Of a DNA stretch of 64,000 nucleotides, positions 9,001 through 19,348 are shown one piece after another. The translations under genes and the position numbers were made by a program. Every line of letters begins with the position of its first letter. Position 1 is the stretch's first letter. The stretch comes from an uncultured Alphaproteobacteria bacterium (GTDB taxonomy: Bacteria; Pseudomonadota; Alphaproteobacteria; Rhizobiales; Beijerinckiaceae): contig CAWGBF010000013.1 in assembly GCA_963820775.1 (NCBI GenBank), positions 168,258-232,257 on the forward strand. Direction: 5' to 3'. The notes beneath the pieces are model-generated. The model worked only from the letters and a program-made list of their open reading frames with translations. It searched no databases and had not been told where the DNA came from.

Positions 9001-9347
9001 CGGTGCCACGGCTTACGTTGTGTCTGATGGGCGACGAGAGCGATCAAGTAAGGCGACGGGCGCTATTAGCTCTTTTCGAAGTCGATCCAGCTGAAGGAAG
9101 AAGAAAGGCCGTAGATTTTTTCTTCGATCCGGATACGCCAGATATATTGGCGGGTACCGCGTTAGCCCAACTTTTAGCGTTCGCGACCGGGGAGTTTCAA
9201 GAACATCTTCTGGCTTTTGGCGAGGTGCGGACGGGTAAAAGCGTAACAAAGGCCATCAGGGAGTGGAAAACCTCAAGAGACCCGGGCGGAGACAGCCTTT
9301 TTGCGGACCGCGGCAATGCCGGGACCCAGGGGCCCTCCAAAACCTGA
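6090..9347 (+). CDS. AlbA_2/Schlafen - NACHT-like STAND NTPase - HEAT repeat protein (putative anti-phage NLR-like protein)
   Basis: N-terminal EGLKLEFK...KDILSLVNT...MVIGAGD (Schlafen/AlbA_2); Walker A GSSGSGKT; Walker B-like LLIDGIQE; IVTAR; C-terminal HEAT-like repeats (VRRAAVVALG, VRMAAC, VRRRALLAL). Visibly AT-richer than the host genes. Confidence 0.8.
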   Translation: MQHRPPDPRSLTASDLSKILRETEGLKLEFKLEYDLSGGAGSEQRKGEFAKDILSLVNTAGRNAFDFAYMVIGAGDKIQADGSRLRKSILSGQYTSPLVLDIVNASCAPQIKEMIITEIEVDETLYCVIVLPPSPQIHSFSKNIVTPKRTWQKNAVPLRSGEGVILASPDDLFLMQKQKMASILTDEADDFENIVPLFAKYTPTPLPSGIRAKRAVSQLLAFLNPRPHDAGVVESTKDFLGLLQQYRHIALEGSSGSGKTTTLRQIETSLLKRGTSDSPPIPLRIDIDDWIAADIPFHIWLQKYLLKRGLSHLPLSKFALLIDGIQEFDTAQPSFTHDLIRGISDKVSDICCIVTARSFPLEGMPSDFLVARLEPLSGTQTNVFVDAYLEPSLAEEFRSWLSRFEIATTATRQLLEDIVRNPLRLSILLSVYAVEREKTPRALGQLLLQFFTIVCEREKAFHGFVDVTLDEIIEWLAPAALKMLANPKVSRVLLEAPSERERVLGRLLVGSEIISAIEERPGINVKFCHTLVRDFFAALNIARHPELLQRGLHPPRFKNGSRTVSPCDEVLLLLSSLENAQEVFQKAASIDPLIVLELSSTVTEDVIDGSVIKSAWTSLCLLLTHKTNVVRTLALELCRRRAVRLRELVPATYAETHNPALRKVCLQLAWYANDAESIKLICRAISDQNRTVRRLARDIFLGIANEDHAEAARIARNVVDSLDREERDFWRSSFETVGNHLSDEGRRSFSDLISNVASRDVSDDFSSVWCSGEARESHSLDVDQSSAEFIALITRLGFCDADDAVQVLAKLRDFANSYLKEVHLLAKSGNPVLARRLPRLMSYAQDPSSVDVLFRLLEVDDLRVTMHVLKALSSFRRSDIAERVRVYCYIADHQVRLHAVRVMANQDHVDEQFLLNFLSDRHQETRRAAVVALGRIGNDEFVVRCLDLLIDPDEHVRMAACRTAVRAGPKAVPRLTLCLMGDESDQVRRRALLALFEVDPAEGRRKAVDFFFDPDTPDILAGTALAQLLAFATGEFQEHLLAFGEVRTGKSVTKAIREWKTSRDPGGDSLFADRGNAGTQGPSKT

Positions 9348-9670
9348 ACTCCGCGACGCCGCTAAAGGGGTAGAACTCGCGGCAAAGTTCCTCGTCGGCT
9401 TTAGCAGTGGAGGATGGGCTGCTCCTCGCGCAATTCTCCCGCACCGAACGACCGCAAACGGGATGGCCAATATTTGTTGTGATTTTAAGCGGCTAAGGTG
9501 GCGCGCGTCGTAGTATTGTTTATGTATTGACGGAATTAGTTGTAGCAACTCAGTAGGCCGCCCGAAACGTGAGATCGTGCGAAAAAGCCGACGCAGGCGA
9601 GGGTGAGCTTCAGAAAAACAACATGTCGCCGAAAACGGTGGACTGTCCCGGCATCCTTACTTAGGGCTAT

Positions 9671-9720
9671 TTTGCTTGGATTTGTTTGGTCGGGCTTGGT
9701 CTGGCTTGGATTTGTTTGGC
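9671..9720. repeat. Tandem array of five degenerate 10-mers
   Basis: tttgcttgga tttgtttggt cgggcttggt ctggcttgga tttgtttggc. Confidence 0.7.
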
Positions 9721-9835
9721 AGGAACTCGCGCGTGGGTTGAATCCGGGGCTTCGCTCGGGACCGGCCCGCCGCTTGCCGCGACGTCGCGGTCGGCGCTTA
9801 ATGGCGGCCGATCGAGCCCGCGAACGGAGCCGCCC

Positions 9836-10132
9836 ATGCCGTCACGACCGAAAGCCAGCCCCCATGTCCATATCTCGGAGCCGCATGTGCGGGTCACCGA
9901 GTGGAGGTTCGCGCCCGGGGCGGAGACGGGGTGGCACCGCCATGAGGCCGATTATGTCGTGGTCCCGCTCGCCGACGGCGACCTCATGCTCGAGGAGCCC
10001 GGCGGCGGCTCGCGCACGACGACGCTCAAGCGGCATGTCCCTTACGCCCGCCGCGAGGGCGTCGAGCACAATGTGGTCAACGCCAATCTGTTCGATTACG
10101 CCTTCATGGAGATCGAGCACCTGAAGCCGTAA
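9836..10132 (+). CDS. Cupin domain protein
   Basis: VRVTEWRFAPGAETGWHRHEADYVVVP...GVEHNVVN cupin motifs; ATG 9836 chosen as start. Confidence 0.85.
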   Translation: MPSRPKASPHVHISEPHVRVTEWRFAPGAETGWHRHEADYVVVPLADGDLMLEEPGGGSRTTTLKRHVPYARREGVEHNVVNANLFDYAFMEIEHLKP

Positions 10133-10142
10133 GCCGCCCAAA

Positions 10143-10268
10143 CGTCATCGCGAGGAGCCGTAGGGCGTCGAGAGACGCCCGTCTTTCGACGGGCTATAGC
10201 GACGTGGCGATCCAGGACCATAGGTCCCCTACGTTCTCCTGGATTGCTTCGCTTCGCTCGCAATGACG
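10143..10268. repeat. Composite REP-like palindromic intergenic element
   Basis: Outer IR CGTCATCGCGAG / CTCGCAATGACG; inner ATCCAGGA/TCCTGGAT; nested hairpins GGGCGTC-GAGA-GACGCCC and CCCGTC-TTTC-GACGGG; lies between convergent genes. Confidence 0.8.
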
Positions 10269-10283
10269 CTGGCAAATCCTCGG

Positions 10284-11357
10284 CTACTCGGCCGCGGCCT
10301 TTTCCTCGAGCGCCGGATAGTCGGTGTAGCCGGCGGGCCCTTCGCTGTAGAAGGTGTCGGCGTTCCAGGCGTTGAGCGGGACGCCGAGAGAGAAGCGTCG
10401 CGGCAGGTCGGGGTTGGCGAGGAACAGCTTGCCGAACGCGACAGCGTCGGCTTCGCCGGCTTCGATCACCGCCTCGGCCGCCTCGCGCGAAAACCCTTCG
10501 TTGGCGACATAGACGCCGCCGAACGCCGCCTTGAGATCGGGCCCGAGCCGCGGCGCCTTGGTCGATTCCCGGGCGCAGAGGAAGGCGATCTTGCGTTTTC
10601 CCAGCTCGCGCGCGACATAGCCGAAGGTCGCCGGCAGATTGCTGTCGCCCATGTCATGCGCGTCGGCGCGCGGCGCGAGATGCATTCCGACCCGGCCAGG
10701 TCCCCACACGGAGACGACGGCGTCCGTCACTTCGAGCATGAGCCGAGCGCGGTTCTCGACGGATCCACCGTAGCCGTCGTCGCGCTTGTTCGTGCTGTCC
10801 TGCAGGAACTGGTCGATGAGATAGCCGTTCGCGCCGTGGATCTCGACGCCGTCGAAGCCAGCCGCTTTGGCGTTTTTCGCGCCTTGGCGGAAGGCCTCAA
10901 TAACGCCCGGGATCTCGGAGGTTTTCAAGGCGCGCGGCGTGACGTAATCGCGCTGCGGGCGAATGAGGCTCACGTGCCCCTTGGGCGCGATCGCGCTAGG
11001 CGCAACCGGCAGCCCCCCATCCTGGTAGATCGGATCGGAGATGCGCCCGACGTGCCAGAGCTGGAGGAGCATCCGCCCTCCGGCCGCATGCACGCCCTGC
11101 ACGATCTTGCGCCAGCCCTCGACCTGCTCGTCGGACCAAACGCCCGGGGTGTGCGGATAGCCGACGCCCGCGGGCGCGACCGAAGTCGCCTCGGAAATGA
11201 TCAGGCCGGCGGACGCGCGTTGCGCGTAATACTCGCCCATCATCGCGTTCGGAACCCGCCCTGGACCGGTCGATCGGTTGCGCGTCAGCGGCGCCAGGAA
11301 AATGCGGTTGGGAACTTCCAGATCGCCAATCTTCGCAGGGTCAAACAGCGTGGGCAT
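10284..11357 (-). CDS. Alkene reductase, Old Yellow Enzyme / NemA family
   Basis: NRIFLAPLTR, LQLWHVGR, VEIHGANGYLIDQFL, NKRDDGYGGS, FGKLFLANPDL. Confidence 0.93.
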   Translation of the reverse strand: MPTLFDPAKIGDLEVPNRIFLAPLTRNRSTGPGRVPNAMMGEYYAQRASAGLIISEATSVAPAGVGYPHTPGVWSDEQVEGWRKIVQGVHAAGGRMLLQLWHVGRISDPIYQDGGLPVAPSAIAPKGHVSLIRPQRDYVTPRALKTSEIPGVIEAFRQGAKNAKAAGFDGVEIHGANGYLIDQFLQDSTNKRDDGYGGSVENRARLMLEVTDAVVSVWGPGRVGMHLAPRADAHDMGDSNLPATFGYVARELGKRKIAFLCARESTKAPRLGPDLKAAFGGVYVANEGFSREAAEAVIEAGEADAVAFGKLFLANPDLPRRFSLGVPLNAWNADTFYSEGPAGYTDYPALEEKAAAE

Positions 11358-11497
11358 TGGGTTTCAATCTCCGACTTGAATGGCGCGACGGCGCCAATGA
11401 CCGCGTCGGCGGACATAGCGCCAGCCGAGGCTCATCTCTTTGTAGCTGGGGTTATGTGTGGAGAAGACGAGGAGTTCGCCCGGAACGGGTTACCGAG

Positions 11498-12322
11498 TCA
11501 ATGCCGGGCCTTGTCCTCTCCGAAAATAAGGAAGGTGCGCAATTCGATGCTCTCGCGCGGCGGCGCGTCTTGAGGCGCGGTCGGATCGATAAACGCGGTA
11601 TGCGGAGCGAAGCGCGCCACGGCGCCGTCGTCGCGCGAGTCATAACACTTGAGCAGCAGGACTTCGTCCGGGCGCATCGCCGGCGCATAGAACCAGCGTT
11701 GGCTCGGATTGTAAACGAGATTGTAAGTCTCGCCACGCCGGTCCCGGAAGACGAGATCGGAGGCGATGAGGTCCTGTGGCGCGACGCTGCGCGCGTCGCA
11801 GACGGCGAGCGGCGCATCGAGCGCGGGCGATCTGATCGGACGCCACAGATTGACGATGGTGACGCGGCGCCGGAGCAATTCATCCGCTTCGCCGGGATAT
11901 TCGATCCGAAGGCGATCCACCCCGGACGCCGCCGTCTGATCGACGTGGACGCGATTGGCGGGCTGGCGGGGAACGCCCGGCGCCGTCGAGCGGTCGTTCT
12001 CCCCGAGCACGCGGCGCCTCAGTGTGTGGTCAAACACGCGGACTTCGCTCGCCCCGGTGACGCGCTTCAGGAGGTCGATGGACTCGGGATAATAGACGCG
12101 CTTGATCTCGTCCTCGTCCCAGAAGTCCTTGACCGCGCTCTTATGGCTGAGAAGCTGGAACCCGACGTCCTCCAGCAGGAATTCCGACGCTGCAGGACGA
12201 AGATCGTAGATTGTGGTGGCATGCTCCTCGGCCCGGGCGGTCGACCACGGAACGCCAAGCGGCGGTTGGTAGGCATAGGTAACTGGCTTTTCATCCGTAG
12301 CGGCCAAATACTCGCCGCCCAT
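11498..12322 (-). CDS. CmcJ/NvfI-family oxidoreductase
   Basis: VFDHTLRR, VHVDQT, NLWRPI, PLAVCDARS, WFYAPAMRPDEVLLLKCYDS, PHTAF, RESIELR. Confidence 0.8.
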   Translation of the reverse strand: MGGEYLAATDEKPVTYAYQPPLGVPWSTARAEEHATTIYDLRPAASEFLLEDVGFQLLSHKSAVKDFWDEDEIKRVYYPESIDLLKRVTGASEVRVFDHTLRRRVLGENDRSTAPGVPRQPANRVHVDQTAASGVDRLRIEYPGEADELLRRRVTIVNLWRPIRSPALDAPLAVCDARSVAPQDLIASDLVFRDRRGETYNLVYNPSQRWFYAPAMRPDEVLLLKCYDSRDDGAVARFAPHTAFIDPTAPQDAPPRESIELRTFLIFGEDKARH

Positions 12323-12599
12323 GCTCGACCTCTAGCCGTTAACGGAGCTGAGAGTTGACGGCGCCCCGCTACCGCATCAGTCCCTAAGATCCGCAATGGG
12401 AAACGAATCCGACTCGAGAATGGCGCTTGCCCGCCGGACGTCAATCGCGAGAGGGTGAGCCGGTCTGCGCCGTGCGCCTCCTATTCAGGGCGATCTCGCG
12501 GGGAAATCCCGCATTGACGAAACTCTTCCTCTACCGTTCAGGAGGCGGCTCCCGGGATGAAGGCGGCGGCGACGAGCGCGATCAGCAACTTTGCCCGCT

Positions 12600-15122
<2,523 letters not shown>

Positions 15123-15271
15123 CTAGCCTGTTAGGCCCGCAAATGCACGTGTTAACGGGACTTCGGGCACCGGCAGATGAACCCCGCCGCAGCACCCGCA
15201 CGCAGACACTTCCAAGCCTACAATATATTGGTGTTCAAAGGGATTTTTCCAGTGGCGCGGGGGCTTGAGTT

Positions 15272-16049
15272 TCATCCCGCCCGAGCAGCTGCAAGTTCGT
15301 TTCGCGCCACGGCGCGCAGCATCGTCTGATCGCTGGAGATGGTGCACAGCTGAAAGCCGAGCACCTGCATCGCGCGTGCGTCGGCGCCGTCGAAACAGAA
15401 CATTACCGCATATTTCCCGTGCGCCTTGGCTCGGTCGACAACCCGCCGCGCCTCGCTCATCACCGCCGCGCCACGCGGCTCGACGCCGGCTCCGTTGCTC
15501 AAGGCGATCGAAAGATCCGACGGGCCGACGTACACGCCATCCAAACCTTCGACGCTCAGAATGTCATCGACGCGTCCAGCGCGGCGCGAGTCTCGATCAT
15601 GGCGATCGCCTGGGTCATCCCGTTGCCGGCTTTGAGATATGCGGCAGCCTCCAGGCCGCTCAGCGGCAACGCGGCCCGCGGGCCCCAGGAGCGGTGCCCC
15701 AGGGGCGGGAATTTGACCGACTCGACCAGGCGCCGCGCATCGTCGCCGCTGTCGATCATCGGCGCGAGGATTCCGCAGGCGCCAGAGTCCATGAGCTGGC
15801 TCGCCAAGGCAAATGCGCCGACCGGCACGCGAGCGATCGTTGGTTTACCCGCAAGCGCCACGCGTAGGATCGAACGCGCCGCGCCATCGAAGTCGACGGC
15901 GCCGTGCTGCATATCGAGCACAACCGCGTCGAAAGCCTCGCGCGCCAAGATCTCAGCGACAGCCGGCTCATTCATGGTGACCCAAGCGCAAGGCCTGCCC
16001 GCCTGCAGCCTTGACAATCGGAGAGCTTACTCAGCACAGAGTCGTTCAT
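15272..16049 (-). pseudogene. HpcH/HpaI aldolase, two apparent -1 frameshifts (~16015 and ~15570); possibly sequencing errors
   Basis: FDAVVLDMQHG, MIETRAAL, DGVYVGPSDLS motifs split across frames; ATG 16049 preceded by GAGGAGAGGG RBS. Confidence 0.75.
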
Positions 16050-16284
16050 TCCCTCTCCTCGTGATCAAACCACGCCGCGCGCGTTAATCCGCCGCTAACC
16101 ACAAATCTCTGCTAACGCGCAAACGCCTTCATTACGCCGAGTTCATTTGAAATTCATCTCGGAAGCGGTCAGCTGTATAGACCAGATGTTCGCCTGAGAT
16201 AGGGCGACCCGTCTCACAATATGCAGGTTGACGAGGGTTGCGCTGGATGGACCAGCGCCGAGCCTCACGCATAGGAGACGGGTC

Positions 16285-17395
16285 ATGGAGCAGCGTATCA
16301 TCTACGTCGGCCTGGATGTGCACAAAGATACAATCGCGGTGGCGCTTGCCGAGGCGGGCAAGCGGGGGGGAGCTGCGCGAGTATGGCAAGATCGCGAACA
16401 CGCCGGCGGCGCTGAGGACTCTGGCGGCGAAGCTGGCGAGTCATGGCTGGCGCCTTCGATTTTGCTATGAGGCTGGCCCTTGCGGTTACGGCATTCAGCG
16501 CCAGCTGAGCGAAGCCGGGCACGAATGCGTCGTAGTCGCCCCGTCGTTGATTCCGCGCAAGCCCGGCGATCGGGTCAAAACCGACCGACGCGACGCGATT
16601 AACCTGGCCAAATTGCACCGAGCGGGTGAACTGTCGTCGGTGTGGGTTCCAGACCCAGCCCATGAGGCGATCCGCGATCTGGTGCGCGCGCGACTGGCGG
16701 CGGTGCGCGTGTTGCGGCAGGCGCGCCAGCAACTCTCCGACTTTCTGCTGCGCCATGGCCGTCATTATAACCGGCCGGCCTGGACCCTGATGCACCGGCG
16801 CTGGCTCGCCGGATTGTCGTTCGAACACGCAGCGCATTACATCGTGCTGGAAGATTGCATCGCGGCCGTCGAGGCGGCGACGGCTCGGCGGGATCATCTT
16901 GAAGCCCACATCGAAGCCGCGCTTCCGGACTGGTCGCTGACGCCAGTGGTGAAGGCGCTGCAAGCGCTGCGTGGCCTCGCGCTGGTGGCCGCTGCGACGC
17001 TGGTGGCGGAACTCGGCGACATCACCCGTTTCGCCAATCCGCGGCAGTTCATGGCCTATCTGGGTCTCGTTCCTTCCGAGCATTCCAGCGGAAGCACGCG
17101 ACGCCAGGGCGGAATCACCAAGGCGGGCAATGGCGCGGCGCGGCGCATGTTGATTGAGGCGGCATGGAGCTACCGGTTTCCAGCCCGTATCGGTCGCGAT
17201 CTCCTTCTGCGCCAAGAAAAGTTGAGCAAGCCAATCCGAGACATAGCCTGGAAGGCCCAGGAGCGACTTTGCCGTCGATATCGCAAGCTCGCCCATGCGG
17301 GGAAATTGAAGACCGTGATCACCGCCGCGATTGCGCGCGAGCTTTCGGGCTTCGTTTGGGCGATCGCGAAACAGACGCGACCGGAAATCGCGTAG
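16285..17395 (+). CDS. IS110 DEDD recombinase/transposase; one extra G in the G7 run at 16364-16370
   Basis: YVGLDVHKD, CYEAGPCG, KTDRRDA (DEDD), YLGLVPSEHSSG (Tnp serine). Removing one G joins MEQRIIYVG... to ELREYGKIAN. Confidence 0.9.
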
Positions 17396-17706
17396 GGCGT
17401 CGAAGCTGAAGCCGAGGGATTGCGAAGAGGAGGCCATCGACCACAACTCATCCAAAGTTAGGCAAGGCTGGAGGCACGGTCACGGCCAGGAGAACCCTCG
17501 TTTCCACTAACAGCCGGATTCTATCCGACGCTGATCCTAGACAGAGGAAGCTCCGCGACGCATTACCGGTCCGGCGGTAACCAACCCGCGTATCAGAGCA
17601 TGATCAACCGTCGTTCTCATGATCGTGCCTCTTGCCCTGCCTAACGGCGGTCGATTTGAAACGCTCGATCGCGAGCAAAAGAATATTCGCGCCTGCAGCT
17701 TGAAAC
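17396..17706 (+). ncRNA. Predicted bridge/seek RNA-encoding region of the IS110 element
   Basis: Long non-coding segment between the transposase stop and the right sub-terminal IR, where IS1111-group elements encode their guide RNA. RNA boundaries not determined. Confidence 0.4.
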
Positions 17707-17744
17707 GGCGAACATGAGAGTGGAGCGGGGAACAGGGATCCGTG

Positions 17745-18263
17745 ATGAAACGCACACTCGTGGCGGCGCTTGTCGCAGGTTCCATGTCAGCTCCTATCTT
17801 TGCGCTGGCCGCCGATGGCGATCAGCAGGCTTTACGCGCGGAGCGGATGCAGCAATGGGCAGCCGACCGCGAGACGATGCTGGACGCAAAGCTCGCGGGC
17901 ATGAAGGCTGGCCTTGGATTGACAGCCGACCAGGAGAAGCTCTGGGGCGCGTTCGAGTCCGCGGTCAAGGACGCCGACAAGTCGCGCATTGACGCCATGG
18001 GTCAGATGATGCGGATGCGCTCGCAGGGCGAGCGGATGTCGCCCATCGATCACCTTGAAGCCATGGCCGACCGCCTATCGCAGGGCGCCACGAACATTAA
18101 GAAAATCGCAGACGCCGCCAAGCCCCTATACGGCATCCTCGACGAGTCGCAGAAGCATAAGTTTAGCATGCTCGGGCGCATGCTGATGCCGGAGCGGTCC
18201 CGGTTCGCCATGGACATGATGCGCCATCACATGGGTGAACGCGATCGCAACGGCGCCGAGTAG
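17745..18263 (+). CDS. Spy/CpxP-family (LTXXQ) periplasmic protein
   Basis: Signal peptide MKRTLVAALVAG...; LKAGLGLTADQEKLW-like and LYGILDESQK motifs; Met-rich. Confidence 0.8.
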   Translation: MKRTLVAALVAGSMSAPIFALAADGDQQALRAERMQQWAADRETMLDAKLAGMKAGLGLTADQEKLWGAFESAVKDADKSRIDAMGQMMRMRSQGERMSPIDHLEAMADRLSQGATNIKKIADAAKPLYGILDESQKHKFSMLGRMLMPERSRFAMDMMRHHMGERDRNGAE

Positions 18264-18290
18264 CCCCGGGGCCATTAGCCTCGGCGAAGA

Positions 18291-18330
18291 GAAGACGCGG
18301 CCGCATCCCCCCGGCCGCTTCTTCCATTTT
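18291..18330. terminator. Hairpin between convergent genes (likely terminator)
   Basis: GAAGAcGCGGCCG-loop-CGGCCGCtTCTTC followed by cattttt. Confidence 0.5.
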
Positions 18331-18469
18331 TGGCGCTCGCGACGCGAGAGCGAACGTCGCGCCGCACGATGAAACCATGCAGCCGCCTCCCCAGCGAGAA
18401 CATAGCGCCGATAGCGTTGGCGTCGTCTGGCGCCGCACTAGACGTCGTTCCGGCGCGGGTCAGCAGAGT

Positions 18470-19348
18470 TTAGGGCTTCCGGGCGGCGACGACGCGGTCA
18501 AGACCCGCGAGGTCCCTGTAAGACGTGATGTCGGTAAAGCCATGCAGCTTGGCGATTGCAGCCACTTTGGCGGCTTGCCCAGCGCCGAATTCGGCGAGCA
18601 ACCAACCGCCCGGGGCGAGTAAGGACCTCGATCCCGGCAGGATTCGGCGATAGGCGGCGAGTCCGTCAAATCCGCCGTCGAGCGCCAGCCAAGGATCGAA
18701 GTTGCGGACCTCGCGCGGCAGCCGTTGGAGATCGTTCGTCGGAATATACGGCGGATTCGACACGATCAGGTCAAATCGCCCTTCAAGACCGCTCGTCCAG
18801 TCGCCAATTCGAATCTCGGCCCTCTTAGACAGGCCGCATGTATCAAGGTTGCCGAGCGCCACGTCCGCCGCGCCGGCTGAGATATCGAGGCCGACTCCGC
18901 GCGCATTGGCGAATTCGGTTAACAGGGCGCACAATAGCGCGCCGGAGCCAACGCCAAGGTCGAGGATATGCAGCTGCTCATCGCGGCGATCGCTCAATAT
19001 CCCGATCGCGGCTTCGACAATCGTCTCCGTTTCGGGCCGCGGATCCAACACTTGCGGCGAAATCGTGAGTGGCAGCCCCCAGAATTCCCGTTTGCCAACG
19101 ATCCTCGACAGCGGTTCGCCGGCCGCCCGCCGCATCGCGAACTCTCGAACCGTCCCAGCCGCAGAGCCGAGCGCTTGGCACGGCTCCGTGAGCGACGCAA
19201 CTTGCGAAACACCGGAAGCAGCGCAGAGACTCAGCCGCGCCTCTCGCCTCGGGTTTTCGATTCCAGCGAGCCGAAACGTCTCGATGACGTTGGCGAGCGC
19301 TTCGGAGCGCGCGGTAGACGCCTCAAAAGTGAGGCGGTTTTTTGTCAA
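18470..19348 (-). CDS. prmC: Release factor glutamine methyltransferase PrmC/HemK
   Basis: [44 protein letters not shown] start overlaps the secA TGA. Confidence 0.93.
   Translation of the reverse strand: MTKNRLTFEASTARSEALANVIETFRLAGIENPRREARLSLCAASGVSQVASLTEPCQALGSAAGTVREFAMRRAAGEPLSRIVGKREFWGLPLTISPQVLDPRPETETIVEAAIGILSDRRDEQLHILDLGVGSGALLCALLTEFANARGVGLDISAGAADVALGNLDTCGLSKRAEIRIGDWTSGLEGRFDLIVSNPPYIPTNDLQRLPREVRNFDPWLALDGGFDGLAAYRRILPGSRSLLAPGGWLLAEFGAGQAAKVAAIAKLHGFTDITSYRDLAGLDRVVAARKP

Larger units (their letters stand above)
16179..17718 (+). mobile_element. IS110-family insertion sequence, IS1111-type architecture (ends approximate)
   Basis: Perfect 9-bp sub-terminal IR ATGTTCGCC (16186-16194) / GGCGAACAT (17707-17715); short left end; ~320-nt non-coding right end. 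Confidence 0.82.

Noticed and set aside
4572-9700. CRISPR-Cas adaptation locus
   Set aside because: No cas2, effector genes or regularly spaced repeat-spacer array were seen; Cas1 sits with PolB and HNH instead.
9731-9750. tRNA T-arm-like GCGTGGGTTGAATCC as an att site
   Set aside because: It lacks the C of TTCGA, and no cloverleaf or CCA end can be built; too short to support.
16298-17455. 385-aa minus-strand ORF, plus other long antisense ORFs (10263-11573, 11357-12358, 25550-26938, 28699-30267, 58483-59349)
   Set aside because: Shadows of well-supported genes on the opposite strand, common in high-GC DNA.
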